A stretch of DNA of 32,000 nucleotides from Erysipelotrichaceae bacterium (GTDB lineage Bacteria > Bacillota_I > Bacilli_A > Erysipelotrichales > Coprobacillaceae). Where the stretch lies: assembly GCA_028698185.1 (NCBI GenBank), contig JAQVDW010000018.1, positions 1-32,000 of the forward strand, given 5' to 3'. The position numbers and the translations under genes are program-made. The notes beneath the pieces are model-generated. The model did not search any database, was not told where the DNA came from, and was given only the letters and a program-made list of their open reading frames with translations. Below are positions 1 to 9,230 of this stretch, one piece after another. Positions within the stretch are counted from its first letter, which is position 1; each line of letters begins with the position of its first letter.

Positions 1-110
1 TGAGTATTCCGACAATTGAGAGCCACTCTGTCCGGATTTGAGAGCCACCCTGTCCATTGTTCAGAGCCACTTTGCAAATATTTAAATGTTCACTCACAGA
101 GCCACCTCTT
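1..110. repeat. IS21 left terminal inverted repeat with reiterated transposase-binding repeats
   Basis: GAGAGCCACTCTGTCC is at 18-33 and GAGAGCCACCCTGTCC at 40-55. CAGAGCCAC is at 62-70 and CAGAGCCACC at about 97-106. Confidence 0.8.
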
Positions 111-172
111 TTGGAGTAGAATTGAAGTGTAGATTATTGTCTACCTTGCATCTACTAAGGAGGTGTTTTTTC

Positions 173-1717
173 ATGCAAGAAATCAAGAAAATTCTTGAGA
201 AACGTTTTAATGGCGAGAGCCAACGAGCCATTGCTTCATCGCTTCATTTATCGCGTAATACTGTCAGCAGGATTTTTAAGGCTGCTGATAATTCCGGATT
301 GACTTGGGTTCAGTTCCAAAGTATGGATATCGCTCAAATCAGTTCTATTCTTTTCCCTGAGTCAAAATATATTCCTATTCAAGTTGTCCCTGATTTTGAG
401 TATATCCATAAGGAATTACTTAAAGCCGGTACATCAATCAGGGGACTTTGGCAGGAATATGTTGATCAGTGCAAAGACGCGTCTTTGCCATTCTATCATC
501 GGTCTAGATTTTCAGAAATGTACCAGGATTATGTAAAGAAAAATAATTTGACGATGCATATTCATCACAAACCAGGCGACAAAGTCATGGTTGACTGGGA
601 TGGCGTGACTATGAACGTATTTGATCATTTGACTGGCGAGCAGTGCAAAGCTTATTTGTTTGTCGCAACATTACCTTTCAGCATGTACACTTACGTTCAG
701 GCCTGCCCGAATATGAAGCAGGAGGAATGGATCAAATGTCATATCAACATGTACAACTACTTCGGTGGTGTTACCCGCCTTCTTGTTCCTGACAATCTGA
801 AAACGGGTGTCATTGATAATCGCAAATATCAGGATCCCACAATCAATAAAGTGTATCAGGAAATGGCTGATCATTATGATACCTCGATATTACCAGCCAG
901 AGTCAGGAAACCAAAGGACAAAGCGGCGGTAGAAGGCAGCGTTGGCACGATTACAAACTTTATCGTCGGTAGATTGCGTAACCGAAAATTCTTCTCATTT
1001 GAAGCATTGAATAAAGCCATCTGGGAACTGCTAGAGACATACAACGATAATCCCTTCCAAAAAAGAGAAGGTAGCCGCAGGAGCGTTTATATCGACGAAG
1101 AGAGCAATTATATGCTGCCTTTACCAACAGAGCCATTCGAATTAAGTGAGTGGAAAAGACCGATTGTACAGTTGAATTATCACGTTAACATCGACCATAT
1201 GCATTACTCGGTTCCCTATGAATACGCGGGTAAAAGAGTTGATGTCCGGTCTACCGCCAATATTATCGAAGTATTCTATAAAGGTACCAGGATATGCAGC
1301 CACAAGCGCCTTCGTGGTAAAAGCAATCAATATTCAACCAATGTAGATCACATGCCTGAAAATCATCAATTATATCAGTGGAATGGTGAAAGATTTGAGA
1401 AATGGGCAGCATCGATCGGTGAGGCGACCCACGAAGTTGTGCATAAATTGCTCCATAAATATAAAGTCGAAGAGCAAGCATACAAGGGGTGCCTTGCATT
1501 ACTGAAGCTCTCCGACAGATACACATCAACTAGATTAGAAAATGCCTGTCGTTTAGCCCTCGACCATATTTCCCAACCCAGCTATAAAAATATTAAATTG
1601 ATTTTGGAATCTGGTCAAGATTTATTGAGAAATAAAGGCAATGAAAGGACCGCTGCAGGCGATAGTAGTCATGCTTTCGTTCGTGGCAAAGAATATTACG
1701 GAGGAAAACTCAAATGA
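173..1717 (+). CDS. istA: IS21-family transposase IstA (HTH plus DDE integrase core)
   Basis: Based on track ORF 86..1717. The start is moved to ATG 173 (MQEIKKILEKRF), 9 nt after AGGAGG at 158-163. The N-terminal HTH (SQRAIASSLHLSRNTVSRI) and the overall layout are typical of IstA. A paralogous fragment at 12459-12922 shares about 78% amino-acid identity by eye. Confidence 0.93.
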   Translation: MQEIKKILEKRFNGESQRAIASSLHLSRNTVSRIFKAADNSGLTWVQFQSMDIAQISSILFPESKYIPIQVVPDFEYIHKELLKAGTSIRGLWQEYVDQCKDASLPFYHRSRFSEMYQDYVKKNNLTMHIHHKPGDKVMVDWDGVTMNVFDHLTGEQCKAYLFVATLPFSMYTYVQACPNMKQEEWIKCHINMYNYFGGVTRLLVPDNLKTGVIDNRKYQDPTINKVYQEMADHYDTSILPARVRKPKDKAAVEGSVGTITNFIVGRLRNRKFFSFEALNKAIWELLETYNDNPFQKREGSRRSVYIDEESNYMLPLPTEPFELSEWKRPIVQLNYHVNIDHMHYSVPYEYAGKRVDVRSTANIIEVFYKGTRICSHKRLRGKSNQYSTNVDHMPENHQLYQWNGERFEKWAASIGEATHEVVHKLLHKYKVEEQAYKGCLALLKLSDRYTSTRLENACRLALDHISQPSYKNIKLILESGQDLLRNKGNERTAAGDSSHAFVRGKEYYGGKLK

Positions 1718-2451
1718 GCGAACAAACCATAGATAAACTTAAACAAATGAGATTGCCAGTTTTTGCGGAAGAATATCAAAATCAAAAAGGAAATCCAGAA
1801 TATATGAATCTATCATTTGACGAACGATTAACCCTGTTGGTTGATCGGGAATATGATTCAAGAATCAATCATACAATCGATAAGAACATAAGAAACGCCA
1901 AACTTTATGACTCCAATGCCTGCTTGGAAGCAATCAACTATCGACCGGAACGTCAAATTGACAAGGATCTGATCAAAGAGCTTGCAAATAATCACTATCT
2001 CGACGATGGACTTAATATCATCATTATCGGAGCATCCGGCTGTGGCAAAACATGGCTGTCCAATGCCTTTGGCGTCAATGCCTGTAGAGCCAAAAAGAGA
2101 GTTAAGTATATGCGACTACCCGAGCTTCTATCCGATTTTGAGATAGCTAAAATACAAGGAACATATCGCAAGCTACTTAAACAGTTAGGCCGGTATGATT
2201 TACTTATACTTGATGAATTTCTTTTAACCTCAGTCAATGAAAATGAGAGAAATGATATTCTGGAATTGATGGAATCAAGATGCAACAAGCGCTCGACAAT
2301 ATTATGCAGCCAATGGTCGCCGGAAGGTTGGTATCAACGTTTAGGTGAAGGACCGGTTGCGGATGCGATTTTGGACAGGATTATAAACAGCTCATACAGC
2401 ATCCTGTTGCAAGGTTCATCGATGCGCGAGGTATATTCGAAGATAAAATAA
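1714..2451 (+). CDS. istB: IS21-family helper ATPase IstB
   Basis: Walker A is IIIGASGCGKTW and Walker B is LLILDEF. The gene is translationally coupled to istA by an ATGA overlap. Confidence 0.95.
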   Translation: MSEQTIDKLKQMRLPVFAEEYQNQKGNPEYMNLSFDERLTLLVDREYDSRINHTIDKNIRNAKLYDSNACLEAINYRPERQIDKDLIKELANNHYLDDGLNIIIIGASGCGKTWLSNAFGVNACRAKKRVKYMRLPELLSDFEIAKIQGTYRKLLKQLGRYDLLILDEFLLTSVNENERNDILELMESRCNKRSTILCSQWSPEGWYQRLGEGPVADAILDRIINSSYSILLQGSSMREVYSKIK

Positions 2452-2489
2452 ATACCATTGAGCCAGTCATTTGACTGGCTCTCGTTAGT

Positions 2490-2568
2490 GGACAACCTGG
2501 CTCCAATCACCGGACAATGGTGGCTCTATACGAGTGGACAGGGTGGCTCTGTCACACCGGAATATTCA
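2490..2568. repeat. IS21 right terminal inverted repeat with reiterated repeats
   Basis: GGACAACCTGGCTCC is at 2490-2504 and GGACAATGGTGGCTCT at 2512-2527. GGACAGGGTGGCTCT at 2536-2550 is the exact reverse complement of 41-55. The terminus CCGGAATATTCA ends at 2568. Confidence 0.85.
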
Positions 2569-2644
2569 TATTTCGCATTTATGATAATATGTCTTGTTTT
2601 TTGTGCTCTAATTTGTTAAAATAGTGCTAACAAATAAATCATAC

Positions 2645-2679
2645 AAAAAAACCATTGCTTCCTTCAAGAAACAATGGTT
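2645..2679 (-). terminator. Rho-independent terminator downstream of tRNA-Leu
   Basis: AACCATTG (2650-2657) pairs with CAATGGTT (2672-2679). On the minus strand the stem is followed by a U-run (plus-strand A-run 2645-2651). Confidence 0.6.
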
Positions 2680-2875
2680 AGAACCAGTAACCTACTAATA
2701 CTAGATCGCTGATTATATATCAGATTAACTGACATTAATTATGTTAGCTAATGATATCATAAATTAAGCATACATTCAATCCAGTTTAGAAACGGTTATC
2801 GGTCTAAATTGGATTTTTTATTTGCTAACGCAGATAAAATAATCATCACATAATTAAAAGTTAGACAAATCAAAA

Positions 2876-2960
2876 TGGTGCGGGTGACAGGACTTGAACC
2901 TGCAAACCCGAAGGCGCTAGAGCCTGATTCTAGTGCGTCTGCCAATTTCGCCACACCCGC
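2876..2960 (-). tRNA. tRNA-Leu (anticodon CAG), long variable arm, encoded CCA
   Basis: The minus strand reads GCGGGTGTGGCGAAATTGGCAGACGCACTAGAATCAGGCTCTAGCGCCTTCGGGTTTGCAGGTTCAAGTCCTGTCACCCGCACCA. The acceptor pairs GCGGGTG with CACCCGC. The anticodon stem is CTAGA/TCTAG with loop ATCAGGC. The T-loop is GGTTCAAGTCC. Confidence 0.9.
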
Positions 2961-3273
2961 ATTTACATAAGAGACATAAATTTGTCTACCCGATTATTAT
3001 AACACAATCTCATAAAAAGCCAAGAGTTTTTTTGAGATTTTTTTCTTTCATTTTATCGGCGTCAAGAGTTGATACGTTACCGTCGCTCTAGGGTGCTTGA
3101 AGTTACCTGCTGCCCCTCATGTTTATTGAAGTCCGAGTCGATTTTCTAGAGGACCGATCAATTTTGGAAGGGCAACCGGTTTATTTTCTTAACTGATTTA
3201 GAAAATCTTTGGCTGATAAGATCAACAGTGATAGAATAAGACCTATAACAGTTACAAGAGGGGGCTTGCAGTT

Positions 3274-4182
3274 ATGGTATCGTTGCAGATTCAGATATTT
3301 GTTTTGTTGGGAATTGGATTTGTGTTGGCCAAAAGGGGGCTCTTTTCCAAAAGCACCCAGAACCAGCTGACCAATATTGTTTTCCTGGTTGTCTTGCCGG
3401 CGGCGATTGTCAAGTCATTCCAGATAGACCTCGATGCGAGTCTGATGTTTAATTGCGTGTTGATCATGCTGATCTCGCTGGCGATCCAGTTCCTTTACTT
3501 TATCGCCAACAAGCTTCTATACAACCGTTTCGATGAGGATGAGAGAATATGCGCCCAGTATTCGACCATGGTGTCCAATGCCGGGTTCATGGGTATGCCC
3601 ATCGCCTATGGCTTGTTTGGCGACCAGGCCTTGCTCTATGCCTCATTTTTCCTTGTTCCGGTCCGGGTCTTCATGTGGTCGTCAGGCATCTCCCTTTTTG
3701 CCAAGGCAAGCTATGGTAAAATCTGGCGTCAGGTGTTGATCCACCCGTGCATGATTGCGGTCTATGTCGGTTTTGCGGTAATGGGGCTAAAATATTTTGG
3801 AATCGAACTGCCCGGTCCCATAAGCGACACAATCGGAGTCATCGCCAAGTCGAACACAACCATCTGTCTGCTTGTCATCGGAGGGATCCTGGGTGATTTG
3901 GAGCAGATCAACTTCTTCAATCTCAACACTTTGATTTTCAGCTTCTATCGCCTGATTGCATTGCCGTTGGTTGTGATGGCGGGGGTACGGCTTTTCCATG
4001 TTGATTCGCTTATTGGCAATATTTGCATCTTGCTTAGCGCGATGCCGGCTGGAAGCACGACGGCGATGATGGCTCAGCGCTATGAAGGAAACGTCAATTT
4101 CGCGTCCCAGCTGGTCTTTGTCTCGACCTTGCTTTCGCTGGGAACGTTGCCGCTGATCACTTTCATTTTTAATTCATTCTGA
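3274..4182 (+). CDS. AEC (auxin efflux carrier / Mem_trans) family permease
   Basis: A 302-aa polytopic membrane protein. Its N-terminus (IFVLLGIGFVLAKRGLFSKSTQNQLTNIVFLVVLPAAIVKSF) is typical of AEC-family transporters. Confidence 0.8.
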   Translation: MVSLQIQIFVLLGIGFVLAKRGLFSKSTQNQLTNIVFLVVLPAAIVKSFQIDLDASLMFNCVLIMLISLAIQFLYFIANKLLYNRFDEDERICAQYSTMVSNAGFMGMPIAYGLFGDQALLYASFFLVPVRVFMWSSGISLFAKASYGKIWRQVLIHPCMIAVYVGFAVMGLKYFGIELPGPISDTIGVIAKSNTTICLLVIGGILGDLEQINFFNLNTLIFSFYRLIALPLVVMAGVRLFHVDSLIGNICILLSAMPAGSTTAMMAQRYEGNVNFASQLVFVSTLLSLGTLPLITFIFNSF

Positions 4183-4197
4183 CAACTGCAAAGACAG

Positions 4198-4224
4198 AAG
4201 GGCTGCGCCAACCGCAGCCCTTTG
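4198..4224. terminator. Bidirectional rho-independent terminator between convergent genes
   Basis: GGGCTGCG (4200-4207) pairs with CGCAGCCC (4213-4220) around the loop CCAAC. The stem is flanked by A and T residues. Confidence 0.75.
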
Positions 4225-4264
4225 ATTCATCATTTATGAAATTAATGCCGCCGTGATGTGCCTT

Positions 4265-4579
4265 TTAAGGCAAAAAGCGGACTGCGGTGCCATAGGCGAT
4301 GACCTCGGCGGCACCTTGCATGATGGCCGAAGAGGCATAGCGGATATTGATTATGGCGTCCGCTCCAAGAGCCTCGGCCTCGTAGACCATCCGTTTGGTC
4401 GCCAGGGCCCTGGCATCATCCATCATTTTGGTGTAGGCGGTAAGTTCCCCGCCGACCAGGGTCTTTAATCCCTGGGCGATATCATGACCCACGTTGCGGG
4501 TCTGGATTGTACTTCCTTTGACAATCGACAAAGTTTCCAGCTCTTTTCCGGAAATGTAATCAGTATTTACCAAGATCAT
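4265..4579 (-). CDS. YbjQ/UPF0145 family (putative heavy-metal-binding) protein
   Basis: The 104-aa product MILVNTDYISGKE...GADAIINIRYASSAIMQGAAEVIAYGTAV has the characteristic YbjQ_1 pattern. ATG 4579 is preferred over GTG 4588. Confidence 0.8.
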   Translation of the reverse strand: MILVNTDYISGKELETLSIVKGSTIQTRNVGHDIAQGLKTLVGGELTAYTKMMDDARALATKRMVYEAEALGADAIINIRYASSAIMQGAAEVIAYGTAVRFLP

Positions 4580-4781
4580 CAGTTTCACCCTTTCTTATTT
4601 CCTTGATTCTTTCTACTAATACATGGATGGCCCCAAAGCAGATTCCCAAGGCGGCCATATCCAGGAATATCTTTGCGAAAATGGACTCATCCAGACTGAA
4701 GCTAAGATACAGCAAAAAACCCCCATAAAGACATACAATCGCCGTGATCGCTATTGGCGCGATGGTTTTTTTGAGTTTCAA
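4560..4781 (-). CDS. Small two-TM membrane protein
   Basis: A 73-aa product with two hydrophobic segments. It overlaps the ybjQ-like start by 20 nt and lies directly downstream of the 4813-5118 gene, giving an operon layout. Confidence 0.55.
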   Translation of the reverse strand: MKLKKTIAPIAITAIVCLYGGFLLYLSFSLDESIFAKIFLDMAALGICFGAIHVLVERIKEIRKGETDDLGKY

Positions 4782-4812
4782 TGATAGCCCTCCTTGATTT
4801 TTACTCTGTTGG

Positions 4813-5118
4813 TCAGCTGTTCCATAAGAATTTGAATATCAACAGCCAGATTAAAACCAGGCCAATGAAAGTAGCCAGGGTTATTGTCAGGGAACTTTGC
4901 CAACCCTTTTGCGAATAAGCCTTGGCGATCTTCAGACCGGCAGGAATCCAGACGATCAGGAATATGACCGCGAACAGGCCGATGGTGCCGATGTACTCCA
5001 TGGCGGGATAACCGAAAATCTTCCCACCGCTGGTCATCTCGGGCAAAAACGGAATCATGATTGAGCTGACAAGCCAACCGATTGCAGCGATGGCCCAGCC
5101 CGGGTTTGGTTTCTTCAT
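4813..5118 (-). CDS. Small integral membrane protein (3 predicted TM segments)
   Basis: Based on track ORF 4813..5202. The start is moved to MKKPNPGW (ATG 5118). The sequence is hydrophobic throughout. Confidence 0.6.
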   Translation of the reverse strand: MKKPNPGWAIAAIGWLVSSIMIPFLPEMTSGGKIFGYPAMEYIGTIGLFAVIFLIVWIPAGLKIAKAYSQKGWQSSLTITLATFIGLVLIWLLIFKFLWNS

Positions 5119-5441
5119 AGTGTTTTCCTTCTCTTGCTTCACTCCATCAATAAATACAAGAATTCCTACCTTAAATTTAATCCTTTTAAACGGCTTTGTC
5201 AATCGGTTGAAGTGGGGATTAAAAGTGGTCTAACAGTGGTTTCGCCATTAAACATACGTGAAATGGATTTTGGTCAATGTCATTGATTTTAAGCGCACAG
5301 GTTCATTTTCCGGGCAACAAAAGAAGGCAAAAGTGTAAAAATCATCGTTTCCTATGTGCGATTCATTTGACATTGGCGGGACTTGCGGTTATAATTCTTG
5401 AAGTTTATACGAAAAATCTAATCAACTTAGGAAGAAATGTA

Positions 5442-5984
5442 ATGATCGAAGAAATTTTAAAATTCAATGAAGCATTTGTAGCCAAAGAAGAATATGTCAA
5501 GTATGCCACAAGCAAGTATCCAGACAAGAAAATTGCGATTGTCTCATGCATGGATGCCCGGCTTACTGAACTTTTGCCTGCGGCTCTTGGTCTTAAGAAC
5601 GGTGATGCCAAGCTGATCAAGAATGCCGGTGGGATCATCTCCCATCCATTTGGAAGTGCCATTCGCAGTTTGCTTATCGCCATCTACGAACTCGATGTTG
5701 AGGAGATCCTAGTCATTGGCCACACCGACTGCGGCGCGCGCCATACCGACAGCAAAGTGATGATCGAAAAGATGAAGGAAAAGGGAATCAGTCAGAAAAA
5801 CATCGACCTGGTGAAATATTTCGGAGTCGATTTTGAAAAATGGTTAGGCGGCTTCAACGATGTCGATGCCACCGTTATCAACTCGGTCGAGACCATCCGC
5901 AACCATCCGCTGATCACCAAGGACATCAAGGTATATGGGTTTGTCATCGATTCTTATACCGGAAAAATGACCAAAGTCATCTAA
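5442..5984 (+). CDS. Beta-class carbonic anhydrase
   Basis: The zinc-ligand motifs are VSCMDARL (CxDxR) and GHTDCGA (HxxC). The start is moved to MIEEILKFNEAF (ATG 5442), giving a 180-aa product. Confidence 0.85.
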   Translation: MIEEILKFNEAFVAKEEYVKYATSKYPDKKIAIVSCMDARLTELLPAALGLKNGDAKLIKNAGGIISHPFGSAIRSLLIAIYELDVEEILVIGHTDCGARHTDSKVMIEKMKEKGISQKNIDLVKYFGVDFEKWLGGFNDVDATVINSVETIRNHPLITKDIKVYGFVIDSYTGKMTKVI

Positions 5985-6024
5985 TTGTTAACTGTAAAAT
6001 ATGACCAACCGATCGGTGGACTTG

Positions 6025-6069
6025 AAAAATCCGCAGGAAACCCATACCGAGTGTTCCTGCGGATTTTTT
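6025..6069. terminator. Bidirectional terminator (15-bp stem)
   Basis: AAAAATCCGCAGGAA (6025-6039) pairs with TTCCTGCGGATTTTT (6054-6068). It lies between the convergent carbonic anhydrase and ZIP genes. Confidence 0.85.
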
Positions 6070-6104
6070 AATACAACTTATTCGCTTCTATGATGATGTT
6101 GGAG

Positions 6105-6929
6105 CTAACCTAGGGCCACATCCAAAACCATCATGACTGCAAAACCGACCAGGCAGCCAATGGTGGCGATATCGGTATTGGAACCACCCTTTTCCCGCTG
6201 TGCTTCGGGAATCAGTTCCTCGACGACCACATAGATCATCGCCCCGGCGGCAAAGGCCAAGGCATAAGGAAGCATCTGTTGCATCCTGACTACGGCGATG
6301 GCTCCGATGACCCCGGCAATGGGCTCGACAATTCCTGATGCCTGGCCATAGAGGAATGATTTGAAACGGCTGAAGCCTTCCCGGCGCAATGGGATGGATA
6401 CTGCAGCCCCCTCGGGGAAGTTCTGCAGCCCGATTCCGATGGCCAATGCGACTGCTCCGGATATCGAAGCGGTAGTTCCGATGCCTGCCGCCACCGCGCC
6501 AAAAGCGACGCCAACCGCCAACCCTTCTGGAATGTTGTGCAGGGTTATCGCCAGCACAAGCAGGACGCTTCGCTGCCAGTTTGTTTTGATCCCTTCGGCC
6601 TGGGAAGTGTTGAGGCCCATATGGAGATGGGGCAGCAGGTTGTCGATCACATACAGGAAAGCTCCTCCTAAAAGAAAACCGGTGGCTGCCGTGATATAGG
6701 CGACTTGTCCGAGTTCGGTGGCCATCTCGATGCTTGGGGCCAGAAGCGACCAGAAGCTCGCCGCGACCATTACCCCGGCGGCAAATCCCAACATGGCGTT
6801 GAGGACTGTTTTGTTGATGACTTTGAAAAAGAATACCATGGCGGCTCCCAGCGCGGTGACCCCCCAGGTGAAAAGTGTAGCGAACAGTGCCTGTTGAAAC
6901 GGACTGAACTGGCTGATCCATTGAATCAT
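6105..6929 (-). CDS. ZIP family (ZupT/GufA-like) divalent metal transporter
   Basis: A 274-aa polytopic protein with a glycine/alanine-rich TM core and the [10 protein letters not shown] and LQNFPEG motifs typical of ZIP transporters. The start is ATG 6929 behind AAGGAGGGG. Confidence 0.85.
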   Translation of the reverse strand: MIQWISQFSPFQQALFATLFTWGVTALGAAMVFFFKVINKTVLNAMLGFAAGVMVAASFWSLLAPSIEMATELGQVAYITAATGFLLGGAFLYVIDNLLPHLHMGLNTSQAEGIKTNWQRSVLLVLAITLHNIPEGLAVGVAFGAVAAGIGTTASISGAVALAIGIGLQNFPEGAAVSIPLRREGFSRFKSFLYGQASGIVEPIAGVIGAIAVVRMQQMLPYALAFAAGAMIYVVVEELIPEAQREKGGSNTDIATIGCLVGFAVMMVLDVALG

Positions 6930-7230
6930 ATATTTCCCCTCCTTGTATATGTGTCGAATATGATCGTTTTTTATCATTTTACCTTTTCGGGTTTGGGAAT
7001 TCAAGAAATGTGCTAGTGAAATTACAGTTGCCAGCATCGGTGGCTTTATTTTATTGTTATCCGACGATTGTGGCAGCGATTATCAAGAACTTTCTGGAAT
7101 ATGACAACTTGAAACAATCCGGGAAAAGTAAATGGTGCTTCCTGCAAACACAAAGAGACACCGAATTCCTAGGTTGGACATGCCTCCTTTTTGATGGTTC
7201 AATCCGCAACAGTTTGCCATGTTGCGCGTT

Positions 7231-8367
7231 TTACAGCCTGGTGACCATCCGGATCGCAAAGATAAGCCGGTTCATGGGGGATGGATTGATTACGATGGCT
7301 TTTTTCGGGCAGACCGACATGCAGTAGTAGCAGCTGATGCAGCGTTTTTGATCGATGGCTATCCTGCCATCCTTCAAAGTTATGGCGTTGACGGGGCAGG
7401 ATGGAATGCACTCAAGGCACCCGTTGCACTTGCTTTGTCTTACCTTGAGGTTGACGAAAGTCTTGGTCACAAATATGCTGCTGTTGTTGTAGGGCAGGTC
7501 AAGCGGGGTCTTGATCAGTTTGGCAAAAAGAAACTGCGGACATTGTCCGATGACCTGGATGTCATCTTCACTCTTGATCATGCCCCTTTTGATGGCCTGG
7601 ATGAAAACGGGGATCTCATCCACATTGTAACCGATCATCTTGGCGGCGACGAAGTCGAGGGCGGCGGGATTTCTCGAGGCGAGGACGACTCCGGTAGCTA
7701 CGGGTTTGCCCAGGGCGGTCGGTCCTCCGTCAAGGCTGAATATCGCGTCCATTACCGAAAGGGTCGGCTTGATGTTTTGGTGGATGTCGATGAAAACGTC
7801 CCCCAGCTCGAATTCGCTGTTTACCCACTGGTGGATTTTCTGCTTGTAGCCTCCGGGCAGACAGCCGAACATGTTCTTGATGGCTCCCGAAAACCGGGTG
7901 GCGCTGTGGGTCTTGAGCTTGCAGGCATCGATGATCAGATCGACTTCGCTTAAAATCGCGGGCATGTACAATTCCCGCAGTCCGTCCGGCCGGTCAGGAC
8001 CTATGTCAATCTTCGCCAGCCGGCATTTTTCGAATTCGACCAGGCGGGCCTGATACTTTCTGGCGACTTTATCGATTTTCGAGGTCACGAATGCCTTTTT
8101 GGTCAGACCCCGCTGGAAAAAGGCAATAGATTCGCCGATATAGATCTCGTTGTTTCTTTCCTGGCAGAGCCGGCACAGGGCATCGATCAGGGCATAATGG
8201 GTGATCGTATGCTGGTTTGGGCTGTTCTGGGACACGAGATTGGGTTTTATCAGAATCTTCTTGTTTTCCGGCAGCTCGAAGCCGATATCTTCGATGGCCT
8301 TTTTGACGGCAAGGTAGACGGCTTCCAGTTCATAAGTGGGGCAACTGACAATTGATACTTGTTCCAT
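7231..8367 (-). CDS. DUF362 domain protein with C-terminal 2x[4Fe-4S] ferredoxin domain
   Basis: The N-terminal part is DUF362-like (ILIKPNLV...). The C-terminus has two CxxCxxCxxxCP clusters, CNGCLECIPSCP and CISCYYCMSVCP. Confidence 0.75.
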   Translation of the reverse strand: MEQVSIVSCPTYELEAVYLAVKKAIEDIGFELPENKKILIKPNLVSQNSPNQHTITHYALIDALCRLCQERNNEIYIGESIAFFQRGLTKKAFVTSKIDKVARKYQARLVEFEKCRLAKIDIGPDRPDGLRELYMPAILSEVDLIIDACKLKTHSATRFSGAIKNMFGCLPGGYKQKIHQWVNSEFELGDVFIDIHQNIKPTLSVMDAIFSLDGGPTALGKPVATGVVLASRNPAALDFVAAKMIGYNVDEIPVFIQAIKRGMIKSEDDIQVIGQCPQFLFAKLIKTPLDLPYNNSSIFVTKTFVNLKVRQSKCNGCLECIPSCPVNAITLKDGRIAIDQKRCISCYYCMSVCPKKAIVINPSPMNRLIFAIRMVTRL

Positions 8368-8948
8368 TGGATTTCCTCCATTCCCTTGATGGTTCCTCTA
8401 CAATCAGTGTAGCACTTCCAGCCTGTTTTCTCAATTTATTTGATGGCTCATATCGCCCGTCAATAACATGTAAAAAAGCCGGGAATAGTCAAAGGCTGGA
8501 TGTGACAAGGTGTTCACTGCTGCCGGTTTTTAAGCCGACAATTCGCTAGAAGAAGCGTTGGAAGAACTTTGCGATGATATTTCATGAATCGTAGATACAA
8601 TCGCTCCAGAAAAGGTCCTGACCGCTGTCCATAAAGAGTATCGTGCAATTCGGGTAATGGAATAATATGTTGAAGGATTTGTAACTGTAATCAGTATCAA
8701 ATCAATCTGTCAATGGGGTGAATTTTGGATTTGGAACGATGCGGCCACGCTGCGTCCTTTTTAATCGCTTTGATAAACGGCTTTATTTTCTGGAATTGAG
8801 GATAAAAAAACATCAAGAAACTTTAAGAAAGCCTTGGATAATATTGTTGGAATATCAATATTAGGCAGTATGGTAGTGGCTGGTATAATAATTGCTATCG
8901 TACTACCTGCTTATCATGCATTTATAAAAAAATAGGTTTTGCTAGTAG

Positions 8949-8972
8949 AAGTCATGTAATTATGACTTTTTT
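8949..8972 (+). terminator. Rho-independent terminator just upstream of the retron promoter
   Basis: AAGTCAT (8949-8955) pairs with ATGACTT (8962-8968), with a T-run at 8967-8972. Confidence 0.6.
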
Positions 8973-9065
8973 AATTTTATGTCGGATTGAACCAAATTTT
9001 TCTAATTGTCGTCTACTATATGTGCCTAATTCAAGCGTAAAAATGTAATATATTTAATTTATGTA

Positions 9066-9094
9066 TTGAAAAAATGTAACATTATATATAAAAT
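9066..9094 (+). promoter_or_regulatory. Sigma-A-type promoter for the retron ncRNA/RT transcript
   Basis: The -35 is TTGAAA (9066-9071), followed by a 17-nt spacer and a -10 of TAAAAT (9089-9094). The predicted transcription start falls at about 9101-9102, exactly where inverted repeat a1 begins. Confidence 0.6.
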
Positions 9095-9101
9095 AAATGT
9101 A

Positions 9102-9230
9102 GCGCATGGCCAGATTTTTCGTTTGTGTTTCGCAAATGTTGAAAATAATGTTGGGCAGAATTGCTCCTTATATAACGCTTACGGTTATACTTGTATATAC
9201 GTATCATTAGCATATTGAGTGGCCATGCGC
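9102..9230 (+). ncRNA. Candidate retron msr-msd non-coding RNA
   Basis: A perfect 11-bp inverted repeat closes the unit: GCGCATGGCCA (9102-9112, a1) and TGGCCATGCGC (9220-9230, a2). G9113 directly follows a1 and is a candidate branching G. Internal hairpins are CGTTTGTG/CGCAAATG (9120-9138) and TATAAC/GTTATA (9170-9188). The unit sits immediately 5' of a retron-type RT on the same strand. Confidence 0.7.

Larger units (their letters stand above)
1..2568 (+). mobile_element. Complete IS21-family insertion sequence (IRL, istA, istB, IRR)
   Basis: The termini are inverted copies. TGAGTATTCCGAC at 1-13 matches the reverse complement of CCGGAATATTCA ending at 2568 (TGAATATTCCGG). Both ends carry reiterated GAGAGCCAC(C/T)CTGTCC-type subterminal repeats, as in IS21 multi-site ends. 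The istA and istB genes overlap by ATGA at 1714-1717. The left end coincides with the window edge, so the target duplication cannot be checked. Confidence 0.93.

Noticed and set aside
6088-6921. Long antisense or alternative-frame ORFs. They include 6088-6921, 6361-6699, 7219-7953, 14497-15195 and 16150-16863. Further examples are 17084-17509, 18226-18708, 19712-20167, 21308-22012 and 23690-24238. The last group is 27981-28541, 28593-29072, 29461-30273, 30283-31020 and 30615-31178.
   Set aside because: Each lies entirely inside a longer ORF with clear family motifs on the other strand or frame. The translations are Arg/Gly/Pro/His-rich and low in complexity, with no RBS. These are typical shadow ORFs of roughly 50% GC coding DNA.
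6930-7040. Search for a Zur/Fur-type operator upstream of the ZIP transporter (TCGAATATGATCG region).
   Set aside because: The sequence is not a proper palindrome and matches the Bacillus Zur box TCGTAATnATTACGA poorly.
7083-7181. 32-codon minus-strand ORF (MSNLGIRCLFVFAG...) preceded by AAGGAGG, in the 300-nt gap between the DUF362 and ZIP genes.
   Set aside because: The AGGAGG is only 1 nt from the ATG, which is too short a spacing. The peptide has no recognisable features. It is possibly a remnant, with no support as a gene.
8777-8935. Open frame ending ...ISILGSMVVAGIIIAIVLPAYHAFIKK just before terminator 8949-8972. It could be a small TM peptide at the island edge.
   Set aside because: There is no ATG with an RBS, only an internal ATG at 8870 or a TTG at 8834. 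It is too short and unsupported to call.
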